Assembly (NCBI GenBank): GCA_020137815.1 | Contig: CM035354.1 | Location: 992,001-1,056,000, forward strand | Length of the DNA stretch: 64,000 bases | Source of the DNA: Hormiphora californensis | Taxonomy: Eukaryota > Animalia > Ctenophora | Direction: 5' to 3' | Shown here: piece after piece, positions 37,214 to 49,057 of the stretch | How positions within the stretch are numbered: the stretch's first letter is position 1 | Layout of the letters: every line of letters starts with the position of its first letter | Notes under the pieces: generated by a model | What the model was told of the DNA's origin: nothing | Seen by the model: only the letters and a program-made list of their open reading frames with translations | Databases searched by the model: none | Program-made: the position numbers and the translations under genes

Positions 37214-38571
37214 TAGAGCAGAACTCTCCGAGTATTTTCACTTTTCCCGCTCTGAAAAGATTAATTCCTCGCTCTATTATATTTGTTACCAGGGGGCTGG
37301 AACTCTATCTCGCTATGTTCTGTGGGCACTGGGCGTGTATGCCCGAACAGTGAACCTGCCCCGCCGTGTGTATAATAGAGAGCAATTTCACAGCGAGGAA
37401 TGTACCGCGCGGCCCAAAAAAAACTAAGGGTACGTTGGCCTTCTTTTCTCCCAGAATTTTGATTTCGATCACTCTGATATTTTGTCACAATATTTGTATA
37501 GTTACTCATTCGAGGAATCCGGAGTTTCAAAACATAAAAGTTTGAAGTTCATGAATGAACCCATTTTCTCGTTTTTCGGGGTTTTCCACGTTTTCTCATG
37601 GTTAAATTCGATTTTATTCTTAAAAATAGCAACCATGCATTAGAGTAAACAATAATAAATGGCAATCCGAGTTTTTATTAAAAATGAATCAAGTTTAGTT
37701 GGTGAAATAAATGATTAAAAAACGGTCATTTTTACCAAACATCGATTTTAACCCGTTTTGACAAAAAATTGGTAAATTCAGGAGCTAAAAATTCGTACGG
37801 CCATTACACTTGATCGATATTGATGTTAGCCAGAATTTCGGCTCTCTATCTGAAAGTTCATTTTTACGACTGGAATGAATCCTAAATGAACTTGAAAACA
37901 AGAAATCTATTCCAAACCGGAATTTCACAGTCGCCTTTGGGTAACGATTTTCTTTCAAATGCGACTAATTTTAGCTCAATTGGACCACCACAAGAGACAC
38001 AGTGGCCACTTTTCCAACACTAGGTCTGGTCAAGTGACCCCTATTGAACCGCTAGCGTCATTACTAAGTGCCAATAAGCAGGTGTAACGGTCACGTATCA
38101 CGTATCACATCTCCTAATTAGGACGGTATACCGATACAGTGTCCGTTAGAATGTAAGTTCTCTTGCTAACACGTCATAATTTGATGGGGATCACATGACC
38201 CAACCCAGACTTGGTAAACTGGTCACTGTGATTATTGTGGTGATCCAATTAAGCTCAAACTGGTCGCGTTCGAAAGAAAATCGATAGCCAAACAAATTTG
38301 TAAAACTTTGGTACCAAAATATGGTCCCGTTTTGGCGTTCATTAAATGTTCATTCGGGCGAAAAAAATGAATTTTCATCCAGAGGGCTGAAACTCTGGAT
38401 TCCTCGAATGAGTAACCATACAAATATTGTGACAAAATATCAGAGTGATTGAAATTAAATTTCTAGGAGAAAAGAAGGCCAACGTACCCTTAGTTTTTTT
38501 TGGGCCGCGCGGTATCATTGTATCTTTTGAGAGCGGGAAAAATGGAAAATACTCGGAAAGTTATATGCTCT
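37214..38571. mobile_element. Non-autonomous TIR element with an inner inverted-repeat pair (about 37403-38515)
   Basis: Outer TAGAGCA..CCGAGTATTTT..TTTTCCCGCTCT is mirrored at the right end, as is the inner TACCGCGCGGCCCAAAAAAAACTAAGGGTACGTTGGCC. Confidence 0.7.
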
Positions 38572-38727
38572 AAAGTCGGACTTTTTTGAAGTTGTCACCC
38601 CCCGTTTCGTGCGCGGAATGTTTTTGCACGTCACATCACATGTTAACGTGTGGTGTGCACGTCAAAATTGATAAATTTCACATGCGCGGTCATTTTGGGG
38701 TGACAACTTCAAAATATCCGACTTTAC
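38571..38727. mobile_element. MITE with TAAAGTCGG termini; a partial copy lies near 28708
   Basis: TAAAGTCGGA..GAAGTTGTCACCCC ... GGGGTGACAACTTC..TCCGACTTTA. Confidence 0.7.
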
Positions 38728-40239
38728 TACCTCAATCAAGCTTCTCCAATTCTGCTTCTGTCCACTCTCACTTCAATGCGTACGTCAGTATTCCCCACTG
38801 ACCGGCTTCCTTCATTCATAGCTGTGACATGCATAACTAGAACTGTGACATGTGTATGTGTGTGTGTTTATAACTGTGTCAATACATTAATTGTCACTGA
38901 AAAGATAGTAATGTTGTTACTGTCCGAGTTATCTAGCTTATTCGGGTTTATAAATAAAAATATCAATATCCCCTATAACAAATGAAATTTTCATTTGTTA
39001 TTGGGGATATTTCTTTGAAAAGGGATCAAGTGTACGGGTGTGGTTGTACCATAGTTTTGTGTTAGGACTATCCACTATAACTGTGTTACTGTTATTGTAA
39101 ACTTAAATTGTAAATTGTTTTTTCCATTTCAGTAACTGAAGGAGCTGCTAGTGCAAAACTATATGTGGAGGACTACAAAATATATAAATAGAGGACTACA
39201 AGTGCAAGTGCAGTACAGTGCAAGGGGATCGCTAGTGTCTAATGAAGCCGGCTTATCAATTATTGGCGTAATGACGTGGCTGCTCTGACTTACGATGACA
39301 TTGGATCTGGTATTAATAAAGATTTGACTCTACAAAGACCATAAAAAGGCCATGGACTCTATATTCTAAAATACTCGAAGCTTATAAGAAGAGTCATACG
39401 ACATACGGGCTGTGATTGTGGCTGTGATGAGCTGTCGAGGTGAGAGGACATGTAGATTTCATGGGTGTAAAGTAACTGTGAAAGTTGTGTTTTCTCCTTT
39501 TGGTCGGGATACGAACTGAATAGGGTTTTATTGTAGAACAACGCTACGTTCTACAATATGATATCAAAATTAAAACCCGTCGAATACTCTAGTACTCATT
39601 TCATAAAGCTGGTCAGTGGTCCAGATCCGGCCGGAAGGAGAAAACACAGCTTCCTCGTTAATTATGCGGCTAATCAACAATTTTCTCTCAATAGCTGAGA
39701 AACTGATACTGATAGTTCCCATAATTTATGTGAAAAATGCGGATCTGTGTGTTATATTTATAATTATCAATTGCCTGATTACCATGCTATAATTCATTAT
39801 CATATTTTTAATTTTGTTACCTTATTTATAAAACTAAAAGATGTTTATAATTTGACTCCCTACACTGGCGAAAAAAGGAAGATGCTACTGGTTCAAAGTT
39901 TCAAACATTGTTTGGTAATGTCATGTCATGTTTTTGTTCATCAGCAAGCTGCCGTCTGCCCTGGTAAATTGACGCCATCTGTGACTTGATGGGAGAAACG
40001 GCTGACGCGGAGATCAACTCTGTGGGAATTTCGCGCGAGATTTCACGGCGCGCACGTCGTATGAAAGGTCGAGCACGAGGTCGAGCACAAGGTCTGACCA
40101 GTCACGTGACCACTGCGCGTCGTTGAACCGCCGTTGAGCCGCAGCGCGAAAAAAAGTGCTGACATTGACCGGACCTTGTGCTCGACCTTGTGCTCGACCT
40201 TCATGTGCTCGACCTGAACATTTCCGAGTATGCTCATTC

Positions 40240-42509
40240 CTTCTACGACCTGCACGCTAGATGAACTTGACTTCACCCCTGGTTGTATTGAAGCTGCACT
40301 GGCTGAATTGGACCCCTACGCTGGAGCACCTTCAGATGACATACCTGCGGTTATACTATCAAAGTGCCGGAAACAGCTAGCATACCCACTTTGGTTGCTC
40401 TGGAACCGTTCATTCACTGAGGGTGTTGTGCCAGGTTGTCTCAAACGGCAACAGGTGACTCCAATTTTCAAAAAGGGTTCAAAGATGGAGGCTAAAAACT
40501 ATCGCCCTGTTGCCCTCACATCCCATATGATAAAAACTTTCGAAAGGGTTGTGAGGAATAAAGTCGTAGATCACCTGGAGGGAAATGGAATCTTCAATGA
40601 TGGTCAGCACGGCTTTCGGAGAAATAGGAGTTGTCTGACCCAACTTTTGAACCACTATGACAACATCATGCGTGAACTGAATAACGGTCTGGAAGTGGAT
40701 GTTGTTTATTTGGATATGGAGAAGGCGTTCGATAAAGTCGATATCAAGGTTTTATTGGGCAAGCTTGAGAAGTATGGTATACGTGGAAGACTGCTCCGCT
40801 GGATTAGTGACTTTCTTTCAGCTAGAATACAGACAGTAGTGGTGGATGGAGTTCAGTCTCGGCCGGAACTCGTCATTAGTGGAGTCCCCCAGGGCACCGT
40901 TCTTGGCCCGCTTCTGTTCTTGGTTTATATGATAGACATTGAATCACTTCTTGCTGGAACAGTCCTAACATTTGCAGATGACTCCAAGCTGTGGAAAGCG
41001 ATCAGGTCACTCAACGACAGAGATAACCTGCAGCTGAGTCTTAATGAATTTGGACGTTGGGCTTCAGACAACAATATGTCACTCCATCAGGATAAGTTTG
41101 AGGTGATAAATTATACACTTCGCTCCACCCAACTCCTGAGGGAGCTCCCTTTCTCCACTGACAATTATCTTTACAATGGTCCCGGAGGCGAGACAATATC
41201 ACCAAGTTTCACCGTGAGAGATCTAGGGGTCCTTGTATCTGCAGACTGCACTTGGTCAGAACACATAGGCAGCATTACTGCCAAGGCTAGACGCATGAGT
41301 GGCTGGGCACTTAGTGTGTTTCGAGATAGATCCGATGATACTATGCTAAGGCTATAAGCATACTGATCGTGATGATCATAATCAGGTCAGTGTGCGGAGA
41401 TTTTGATGGTCACCATCAAAGAAGCGCACACACTGATGGTTATCATCATGATGGAGGCTTGATGCATCATGATGATCTCCAACCATAGTGTGTTCACGTT
41501 TGATCATCATAAACCATAGTGTGCGCACGTTTGATCATCATAGACCATACTCAACTTGCTGTAACTTGCCTTTTGATCATGATCATCATGACCAGTGTGC
41601 TCAGCATGATGATGCTATCTCCCCCTTGCCCAGTCGCGCGCTCTGAGAGGCTGTTGCATATCACGTGACCTGTACAACAGCCTCTCAGTGCGCGCGAATT
41701 CGTACACGTGGTACATATCACATGACTACAGTGCAGCCCTCCATAAGAATAAGATCAGAACGTGCGCACACTAGGTGTTGATGATCATCATCCAACTTAA
41801 GAGACGGCTCCAGGGCCAGCTCTTACGTGATGATCATAATGTTCCGCACACTGCAGTTTTTTGCAGATGATGATGATCAAAACCATGAGCACACTTCATC
41901 TTTTTAACTGATTATGATCATCACGATCAGTATGCTTATAGCCTTACGTTACTGAAGTCCATCATTAGGCCTCAGGTGGAGTACTGTTGTCCATTATGGA
42001 GCCCGGTGAAAAAGTCTGATATCGCCCTGGTTGAAGAGGCTCAAAGACACTTCACACGTAGGATTGAGAGCTGTTCCGGCATGGGGTACTGGGATCGGCT
42101 CCAACATCTTGGTATCTTGTCCCTCCAGCGGCGTCGTGAGCGATACATGATTATCCATGTCTGGAAGGTTCTTCATGAGGTAGTTCCAAACGGCACGGGT
42201 CTCCTGTTTACTGAGCACACCCGTCTTGGTACCAGAGCATTGGTCCCCCGTTACAATTACCTCGCTCAAAAATCCATATCTGGCCCTTATGACTCATCAT
42301 TCGGTGTTAGAGGAGCACAGTTGTGGAATTCCCTACCCCGTGCAGTGAGAGAGGCAACATCACTGCTCGAGTTGAAACAGTCCCTTGGGTCCTACTTAAC
42401 CACCATCCCCGACCAGCCACCTGTCCGCGGTTACCGGGTGGAGCACAGTAACTCCTTGATTGATTGGAGAAATGACCCCAGTGTGTTTAAAGAGATGGGC
42501 GAATCATAG
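40240..42509 (+). mobile_element. 5'-truncated LINE of the CR1/L2 group; RT ORF split by a MITE
   Basis: NYRPVALTS, QHGFR, YLDMEKAFDKV, SGVPQGTVLGP, FADD, RDLGV, then EYCCPLWSP...LQRRRER; the frame is restored when 41350-41946 is removed. Confidence 0.9.
41350..41943. mobile_element. PIF/Harbinger-like MITE
   Basis: TIRs GGCTATAAGCATACTGATCGTGATGATCATAATCAG; flanks TAA and TTA. Confidence 0.85.
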
Positions 42510-42596
42510 AAATGTGTTTTGCTTTTCATTGTCATTTGGCTGATACATATAACCTGCTGACTTTCCATGTCATCTGAGTGTTGGCTCCTTTTGAGC

Positions 42597-43078
42597 TAAA
42601 GTCCATTTTTATTCAACTGTTCACCCCTCAACTCGTGCGCGTGCGATATTTTAATTTACGCTGCGCGCGCTACACGTTAACATGTGATAAACGCGCAAAA
42701 CAATTCCGCGCACGACTTTGGGGGGTGAACAGTTGAAAAAAAATGGACATTAAAGCTTTGTGTAAAGTCCATTTTTATTCAACTGTTCACCCCTCAACTC
42801 GTGCGCGTGCGATATTTTAATTTACGCTGCGCGCGCTACACGTTAACATGTGATAAACGCGCAAAAAAAATTCCGCGCACGACTTTGGGGGGTGAACAGT
42901 TGAAAAAAAATGGACATTACAATAATGTCCATTTTTTTTCAACTGTTCACCCCCCAAAGTCGTGCGCGGAATTGTTTTGCGCGTTTATCACATGTTAACG
43001 TGTAGCGTGCGCAGCGTAAATTAAAATATTGCACGCGCACGAGTTGAGGGGTGAACAGTTGAATAAAAATGGACTTTA
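42597..43078. mobile_element. Cluster of three copies of a MITE of about 156 bp (two direct, one inverted)
   Basis: TAAAGTCCATTTTTATTCAACTGTTCACCCC ... GGGGTGAACAGTTGAAAAAAAATGGACATTA at about 42597, 42763 and (inverted) 42923. Confidence 0.88.
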
Positions 43079-43394
43079 CTAAATTAATTTACGAATGTTT
43101 ACGAATGTTTACGAATGACTTGAACCCGGAAGCGTTGGAAAGATAATTTTAAGACCTTTTCAACGCAACCAAGATCAAGTCTTTATCTTATCAGGAAGAG
43201 GAGATATGAGCAAAAACATTTAGCACGCGCAAAAAGACTTTGTAAATGCGCGGCCCCCTGTCCCTTGATTAAAAAATTCGACTAAAAAATATTTTTTTCT
43301 CCCGTCTCCACTTTGAAAAGCGCTGCCTTATCCCGCGCTGCGCGTGGCGCGGGGCCAGCAACGTTTGCCAAGTCTCCACTCTCCCCTTTCGATC

Positions 43395-43692
43395 ATAGGG
43401 ATCCCTAAAAAAGTTCAGTATTTACACAGAGTTTACACAGTCTTTACTCAGTCGTTACACCCAGAGCGCCCGCGCCGCTCTGGGTGTAACGACTGCGTCT
43501 TTCGCACTCAATTTGCAGCGTTTTCGGAAACTTTTTTCGCCGCAGCGCTCAATTTTGTCAATTGTGCAGCACACAATCCAATATTTTCTTGGAAAAAGCC
43601 ACTGTGCGCAGCACGCGCCGCTCTGGGTGTAACGACTGAGTAAAGACTGTGTAAACTCTGTGTAAATACTGAACTTTTTTAGGGATCCCTAT
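43395..43692. mobile_element. MITE with long TIRs; one TIR fragment also lies near 23776
   Basis: ATAGGGATCCCTAAAAAAGTTCAGTATTTACACAGAG... is mirrored at the right end. Confidence 0.85.
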
Positions 43693-44089
43693 TGGCGGTG
43701 TAGCGTATGCCAACCTGTTTACAGGTGCACGTTGCTAAAAAGTATCTGCTATGCCAAATAACAATCTATCAACCCATATCTTTAGCCTGAGAGGCTCTAC
43801 ACAGTACACACCTTTTTGGCCTAAGCCCTAAGTCCAAACCTTTCTTAGGAAAACTGAACAAAGTACCCTACTGGCTACTGCATTAATTAAAAAAGGTTAT
43901 TGGTTCGAAACGTTTACAGAAATATACACTTGAATTGTTCAAACTTTTCATTCTGCGGAGCACGGACACAATGTCAGGCGACTCAGCTAAACACTACATT
44001 ATCATTGTTTAGAATTTTACATTATTAGCACAAAAGTTGTTTTGTTCAAAGGGGGTCTAGCAACACAAAAGCAGGTCGCGACCAATTCT

Positions 44090-46315
44090 TTATTCCTCAT
44101 TCATCAACTTATATTGCTCTAACATCTCAATCGCATTCGGGAATAACCTGAGGTCACTACACTTAGCTCCATTAAAGGTGGGACTGAAGCTAGGCCATGT
44201 TGCCACGGCAAGACCATCAGCTGCAGATTTGGAATGTTTGCCACTATAAAACTTCTCACCGTCAACCTCTCGAATCCCCGTAATTTCCCCCAAATTCCAG
44301 ACATCACCAGTGGAGTCCCCAAACCTGTATGTTCCCTGTTTGAACAGAACCCGGGATCCAATACCGATCAATTCGTTGCTAGGTTCAGCATTCATAGCAA
44401 CCAAGTTGTAGGGTTGAACACGGCAGCTAGGATCAGGATCGTCCCAGTTGACGGTGTATCGGAGAGTAGATCTGTTGAATTCAGCAACTTTGGCCGGGAA
44501 GAACTGCCATGCAGCATAGTGTGCCACCACAGCATCGCCCAACATGGGGACCATCTTCTGCATTATAGACTTACCAGTCACTGGTATCCCAGCTGCTACT
44601 GGAACTGGTACCCCAGCTGCTACTGGTATCTCACTGGTTGGTAATTGGGGCTTTATAAAATCAACAACCTTCCCAATGGACTCCTCATACGCAGCTAATG
44701 TAGCAACTGTATCAGCAGTGATGGAAACTGGTTCCCTGTCCTTAGGAAGGAGCATTCCTAGACAACTCTCTTTCCAGGCATGTCGATCCTCCTGCGTCCC
44801 AGATCCCACCTCCACTACCACCACAGGTTTGCGGAGTGAGCGGAGGGCAAAGTTGGCCTCCATCATACAATTTTGACTGTTTGTGTACTCCTTTGATATG
44901 CACATGACCACTAAACTACTCTTCTTCACTGCCTCCGCCAACTGACCAAACATTCCACTGTCATCGATACTGTTTAGTTGTTCAATGTCCAGCCAAACCC
45001 GCTCACCCAGCCTTTCCTCGATGTCCTTTTTAATCCTCCGAGGGTCGGAGAATTCGTCACCGCTGAGCCAGGAGATTTGTTTTGCTTGAAGAGCCAGCTG
45101 ACTGTTGCTCCAGCAATAGGATAGGAACACACGAGGTGGTTTACTGTTCTCAACGCCACTCTGCTCACTGGACTGCTGCTTAACCTGCTGCTTCAAATTG
45201 CTCATCAACTCCGCTGTCTTGGGCCCCCACTCGGCCTCATTTCCTATCTGAATGTAGAGCTGTCCAGCTAACAACATTCCCGCAGTTGTTCCGTGCCACT
45301 TGTTACTAGAACCCAGAACCACCGGGATGACTGTCTTACGGGCTGTTTTCTTGGCGTATAGCAGCTCAGCCATGGCAGTATCATCCTCAATAAAGTTGTC
45401 ACTCAGACAAACAAGATACACTGAGCAGTTCTTGATCTGTTGGACTGTAGATTGGATTTTACTGGATGAGGTCGCTCCATCGGCTGATTTTCCTACTTTG
45501 TACACGCCCTCAAGAGGTGTTACAAGTTTGGAAATATCCCTGTTGTCCTTGGTCACCTTGGAAACAAACACATCACAACCTGTCACTGCTGCAGTTTCAG
45601 ATTTTGCATCTGAGTTATCCATGCAGTTGAACACGTTTGGTGTTGTTCTCAAATCGGGTAGTTTGAGGTTTGTAAAAACTCGTTCGTAGCCCACAAACCC
45701 AGGTCGTGACGCTTGGGGGTCATCCAGAGGGACGTGTTCACCATTGTACCTCGGTTCACCATCTTCATCCCTGTATACACGTGTTATCTGACCCATGTGC
45801 CATCTGTCTGATATCTGACCCTTGGCTGCGAGCTCAGCTTTCTTCGCATCGCTGAGTGCCCTCCCGGTGGAGTCACATATGGTACCATCATCATTCATTC
45901 CACAATAGTACAGACCCTGCTTGAAGAGCACCCTCGTTCCCACTCCGACACTACTAACACTGGGGACCTTGTTGAGGCATATGTTGGCTAGCTCTGCCCT
46001 CTCCGCTGCCCAATCCCCATCCGTCCACTTGATCATGAAGGCCAGTTCTGATGGCATCCATGCCCTGATAATCGCAGTGTACCATCCACACCCAGCCCAG
46101 TAAACATAAGCTTCATCACCCACCACTGGGGTTGTATTTTCCTCCTTAGCGTCATATCCCTGCTCTGCGGCAGCTTTTAGCACGCCCGCCAACTCACTGA
46201 ACGACTGGGATGTGGTGGAGGAGAACTGGGTGGTTTCAAGAGATCCGGCGAAGTTGTAGTCAAGACGCAGGACTCTCTGGAGCTCAGCCACCGCATCGGC
46301 TAGGCTGTCACCCAT
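44090..46315 (-). CDS. Intronless 741-aa protein: tandem Tudor-like, TIR, TIR, tandem Tudor-like
   Basis: TIR1 DVFVS...VYLVCLSDNFIEDDTAMAELLYA...VIPVVL; TIR2 RVFLSYCW...VWLDIE...VVMCISKEYTNSQNCMMEANFA; the terminal modules resemble each other (GD.....W/Y....W/FY/F.A.I, GVGTRVLFKQG versus GIGSRVLFKQG, WHMGQIT versus WNLGEIT). Confidence 0.88.
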   Translation of the reverse strand: MGDSLADAVAELQRVLRLDYNFAGSLETTQFSSTTSQSFSELAGVLKAAAEQGYDAKEENTTPVVGDEAYVYWAGCGWYTAIIRAWMPSELAFMIKWTDGDWAAERAELANICLNKVPSVSSVGVGTRVLFKQGLYYCGMNDDGTICDSTGRALSDAKKAELAAKGQISDRWHMGQITRVYRDEDGEPRYNGEHVPLDDPQASRPGFVGYERVFTNLKLPDLRTTPNVFNCMDNSDAKSETAAVTGCDVFVSKVTKDNRDISKLVTPLEGVYKVGKSADGATSSSKIQSTVQQIKNCSVYLVCLSDNFIEDDTAMAELLYAKKTARKTVIPVVLGSSNKWHGTTAGMLLAGQLYIQIGNEAEWGPKTAELMSNLKQQVKQQSSEQSGVENSKPPRVFLSYCWSNSQLALQAKQISWLSGDEFSDPRRIKKDIEERLGERVWLDIEQLNSIDDSGMFGQLAEAVKKSSLVVMCISKEYTNSQNCMMEANFALRSLRKPVVVVEVGSGTQEDRHAWKESCLGMLLPKDREPVSITADTVATLAAYEESIGKVVDFIKPQLPTSEIPVAAGVPVPVAAGIPVTGKSIMQKMVPMLGDAVVAHYAAWQFFPAKVAEFNRSTLRYTVNWDDPDPSCRVQPYNLVAMNAEPSNELIGIGSRVLFKQGTYRFGDSTGDVWNLGEITGIREVDGEKFYSGKHSKSAADGLAVATWPSFSPTFNGAKCSDLRLFPNAIEMLEQYKLMNEE

Positions 46316-47334
46316 TCTAACTGTGGCTATATATTGAAAAGTGGATAAGTAATAAAAGTTAGGGTCATGGACTCCATGATATGCAGAGTGCAGACCCAGG
46401 AGATAATTATACTTCTACTATCTGGAATCAAATTCAGAAACGGTATGTGTGCGGGGAAAAACAATGCCAAGACTGAAAAGGCGACAACTGTCAACCCATG
46501 AACATAAGGCCAGAACTGGAAAGGCGACAACCCATGATATAATCGAGTGAACCAGCTGTCAATTTAAAATGTATCTGTTCTATTTTGGGAACAGAGTTAC
46601 AGGGCTGGTTCGAATCTAGAAAACACAACAAGCAAAGGAAGCAAATGACATATCACTATCACTACAGATGGGTTACATAATTATTCAGTTGCTATGGTGA
46701 TATTGAAACGCACCAAATAAAGCAAATAGGGACTGTTATAGGCACATACAACATACGAGACAGCACTGATGAGAAGCACAGTGTACTTTTAGTGAACAGT
46801 TGTTGTTTGCATCATGCAACAAAGTGCATGCTGCACCGCGGTACATGAGAGCAGGTATAGCACGAGCTAACTAAATGTACAGGAGGTAAGACAGAGAGAT
46901 AAATCAAGAGCATGGCCTGCTGTGATAATAATAATAGACCAATGTAGAAAGAAAAACAGCCAAACAGATCTTTGCTATTTTGAAGTAAGGTATAATGATT
47001 GCCGTAATAGAAATGATGTAGTAGAGTAATAGTACAAAGCGTTTCCGAAGTTACAAAAGTTACACAACTGATACTACTGCAGGTGCATGCTCTCATCAGA
47101 TAACACCACGTAGCAAAGAGCCCACACAGAAAGGCTTGCATTTCTAATCTGCATTCTGCTATAAGGAAGCAAAATGCGTTTTGATTCTTCATAACTTGTG
47201 TGAATCACAACAATATATCGTTCAACTGAGATCTAAAAACTGAACATGATATATGAAACAACCACGGAACCAGACTGGTTGGTCAGGTAAGAATGCACAG
47301 CTTCTCATGTCACAGTTTCCCTTGTTCTCGTGTT

Positions 47335-48366
47335 ATGGGTTGTGTTTGTAGTAACAACATTAAGGTTAACCCTGCAGATCTACCCAATGTGCTTGTATTG
47401 GGTCTCTCAGGGTCAGGTAAAACCAGTCTCTATTATCGCCTAGCAACGGGAGTCTTCCTAACAACCCAACCTACATTGGGATACAATGTACAGGCGGTCC
47501 AATTAGCCAAAGGTAACTTTGTCATTGTGACACTAGTAAAAGCGATCCACACAACCTAGAAATTCATAGCACGAGTTTAATCGATAAGATTCGCTCTGCC
47601 TCATTGTTTTAACTTTCGATCGAGACTAACTATCCCTAAAATCGTAATCAAGACTGATCAGCTCACAGCCATCCTAGCTTCTTGTAATATCAACCTCACA
47701 CAACACCCTATGGTCTGCAGGGTTAAGTGTGTTGTTATGGGATATAGGAGAGTGCACCCATTGGTGGTACTACTACCCATCATGCCAGGCCATCCTTTAC
47801 CTCGTAGACACCACTGCCGACCCCACCGCCATCCAGTCTGCTAAACAGGAGCTACAAGTGTGTCTGGAGGACCCAGCCCTGCCCGAGCATGTTCCTGTCA
47901 TTGTAGTGGTGAATAAGACAGACTCGCCAAGATCCCTACCCACTCACCGTGTCGTTAATAAGATTGTCACCGCATACATGTGCAGGTATGTTCTTTAATT
48001 TTAGGTTTGCTTTAATCACACAGACCGAGTATTTGGGCACATTTAAAAAACTAAACAGTCGTAGAAATGAGCAATTCAACAGTTACACAGTTAACATAAC
48101 AGTTACACATAGAGTACAGACTAATTATAAGAAATACCAAGCAAAGAAGTGAGGAACATGACACTTTTGATATCTCCTTATCAAAAAGGAGGGTTTGGCA
48201 CGACCTTAGGAATAGACCCTGCTTATTATATGTTTCTTTCCTTTCAAGGCAGCGTGATATCGAGGTATGCGGCGTTTCCACGGTTACTGGAGCTGGCTTA
48301 GAAACGCTGGTGCTAAAGCTAAGGGACCTTATCAGACGAAACGAGGGGACAATGCCCAAATTCTGA
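47335..48366 (+). CDS. ARF-like (Arl) small GTPase
   Basis: Exons 47335-47512, 47721-47985, 48249-48366; G1 GLSGSGKT, G2 PTLGYNV, G3 WDIGE, G4 NKTD, G5 VSTVTGAGL; N-terminus MGCVCS. Confidence 0.9.
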
Positions 48367-48904
48367 GCCGTAGAAGTACTTTAGATGCAGACTATCTTTT
48401 ATTTGTGTGCTGTAGATATATATTTATAGTTTTGGGGAGGAAGGAACGAGAGCGCTAGGGAAAGGACAATAGTGGATCGAGAGAATGAAAGAGAGCAAAA
48501 GAGGGGAGACAGAGAACAAGAGAGTTTGGTTGTGCAAAGATGATATTTTGGGAACAATGCAAACACCACCAGAAGTGTGTCTGAAAACTTTCTACCCTAT
48601 GTGTGTGCATCTCTTTCCTATAGACACTATAGACACTATGGCTGCTACAATGTAGAAGCTATTCGTGTCCAATGTTATTACAGAGATAGACACATGTGTT
48701 GACCATGAGGGCTCTTGTTTTCTGTATTTTATCTGATTGTTTTCTAGCGTATCATATCAGAAAAACTTACCATGACATCAGAAAACTTTTCCATACATCA
48801 TCTGCTTTTTCATTGTTTGGGCCGGTTTGGGGACCGTTTCGTGGGCCAAAACAAGCTAGTCCATTTTCCTGTTCGGTAATTTGCTTGTGTGTATTTTTAG
48901 AAAT

Positions 48905-48981
<77 letters not shown>

Positions 48982-49057
48982 CAGCTCCCTCCCTTCCTGT
49001 ACAAATTTGTATCCCACACCCTGTTGCAATACACATTACTACCGCCTACTAGGTAAA

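Noticed and set aside
35517-39345. Possible two-exon secreted-peptide gene (LRIFTKIIALTLLITP + VTEGAASAK...)
   Set aside because: No in-frame ATG and early stops; at most a decayed remnant
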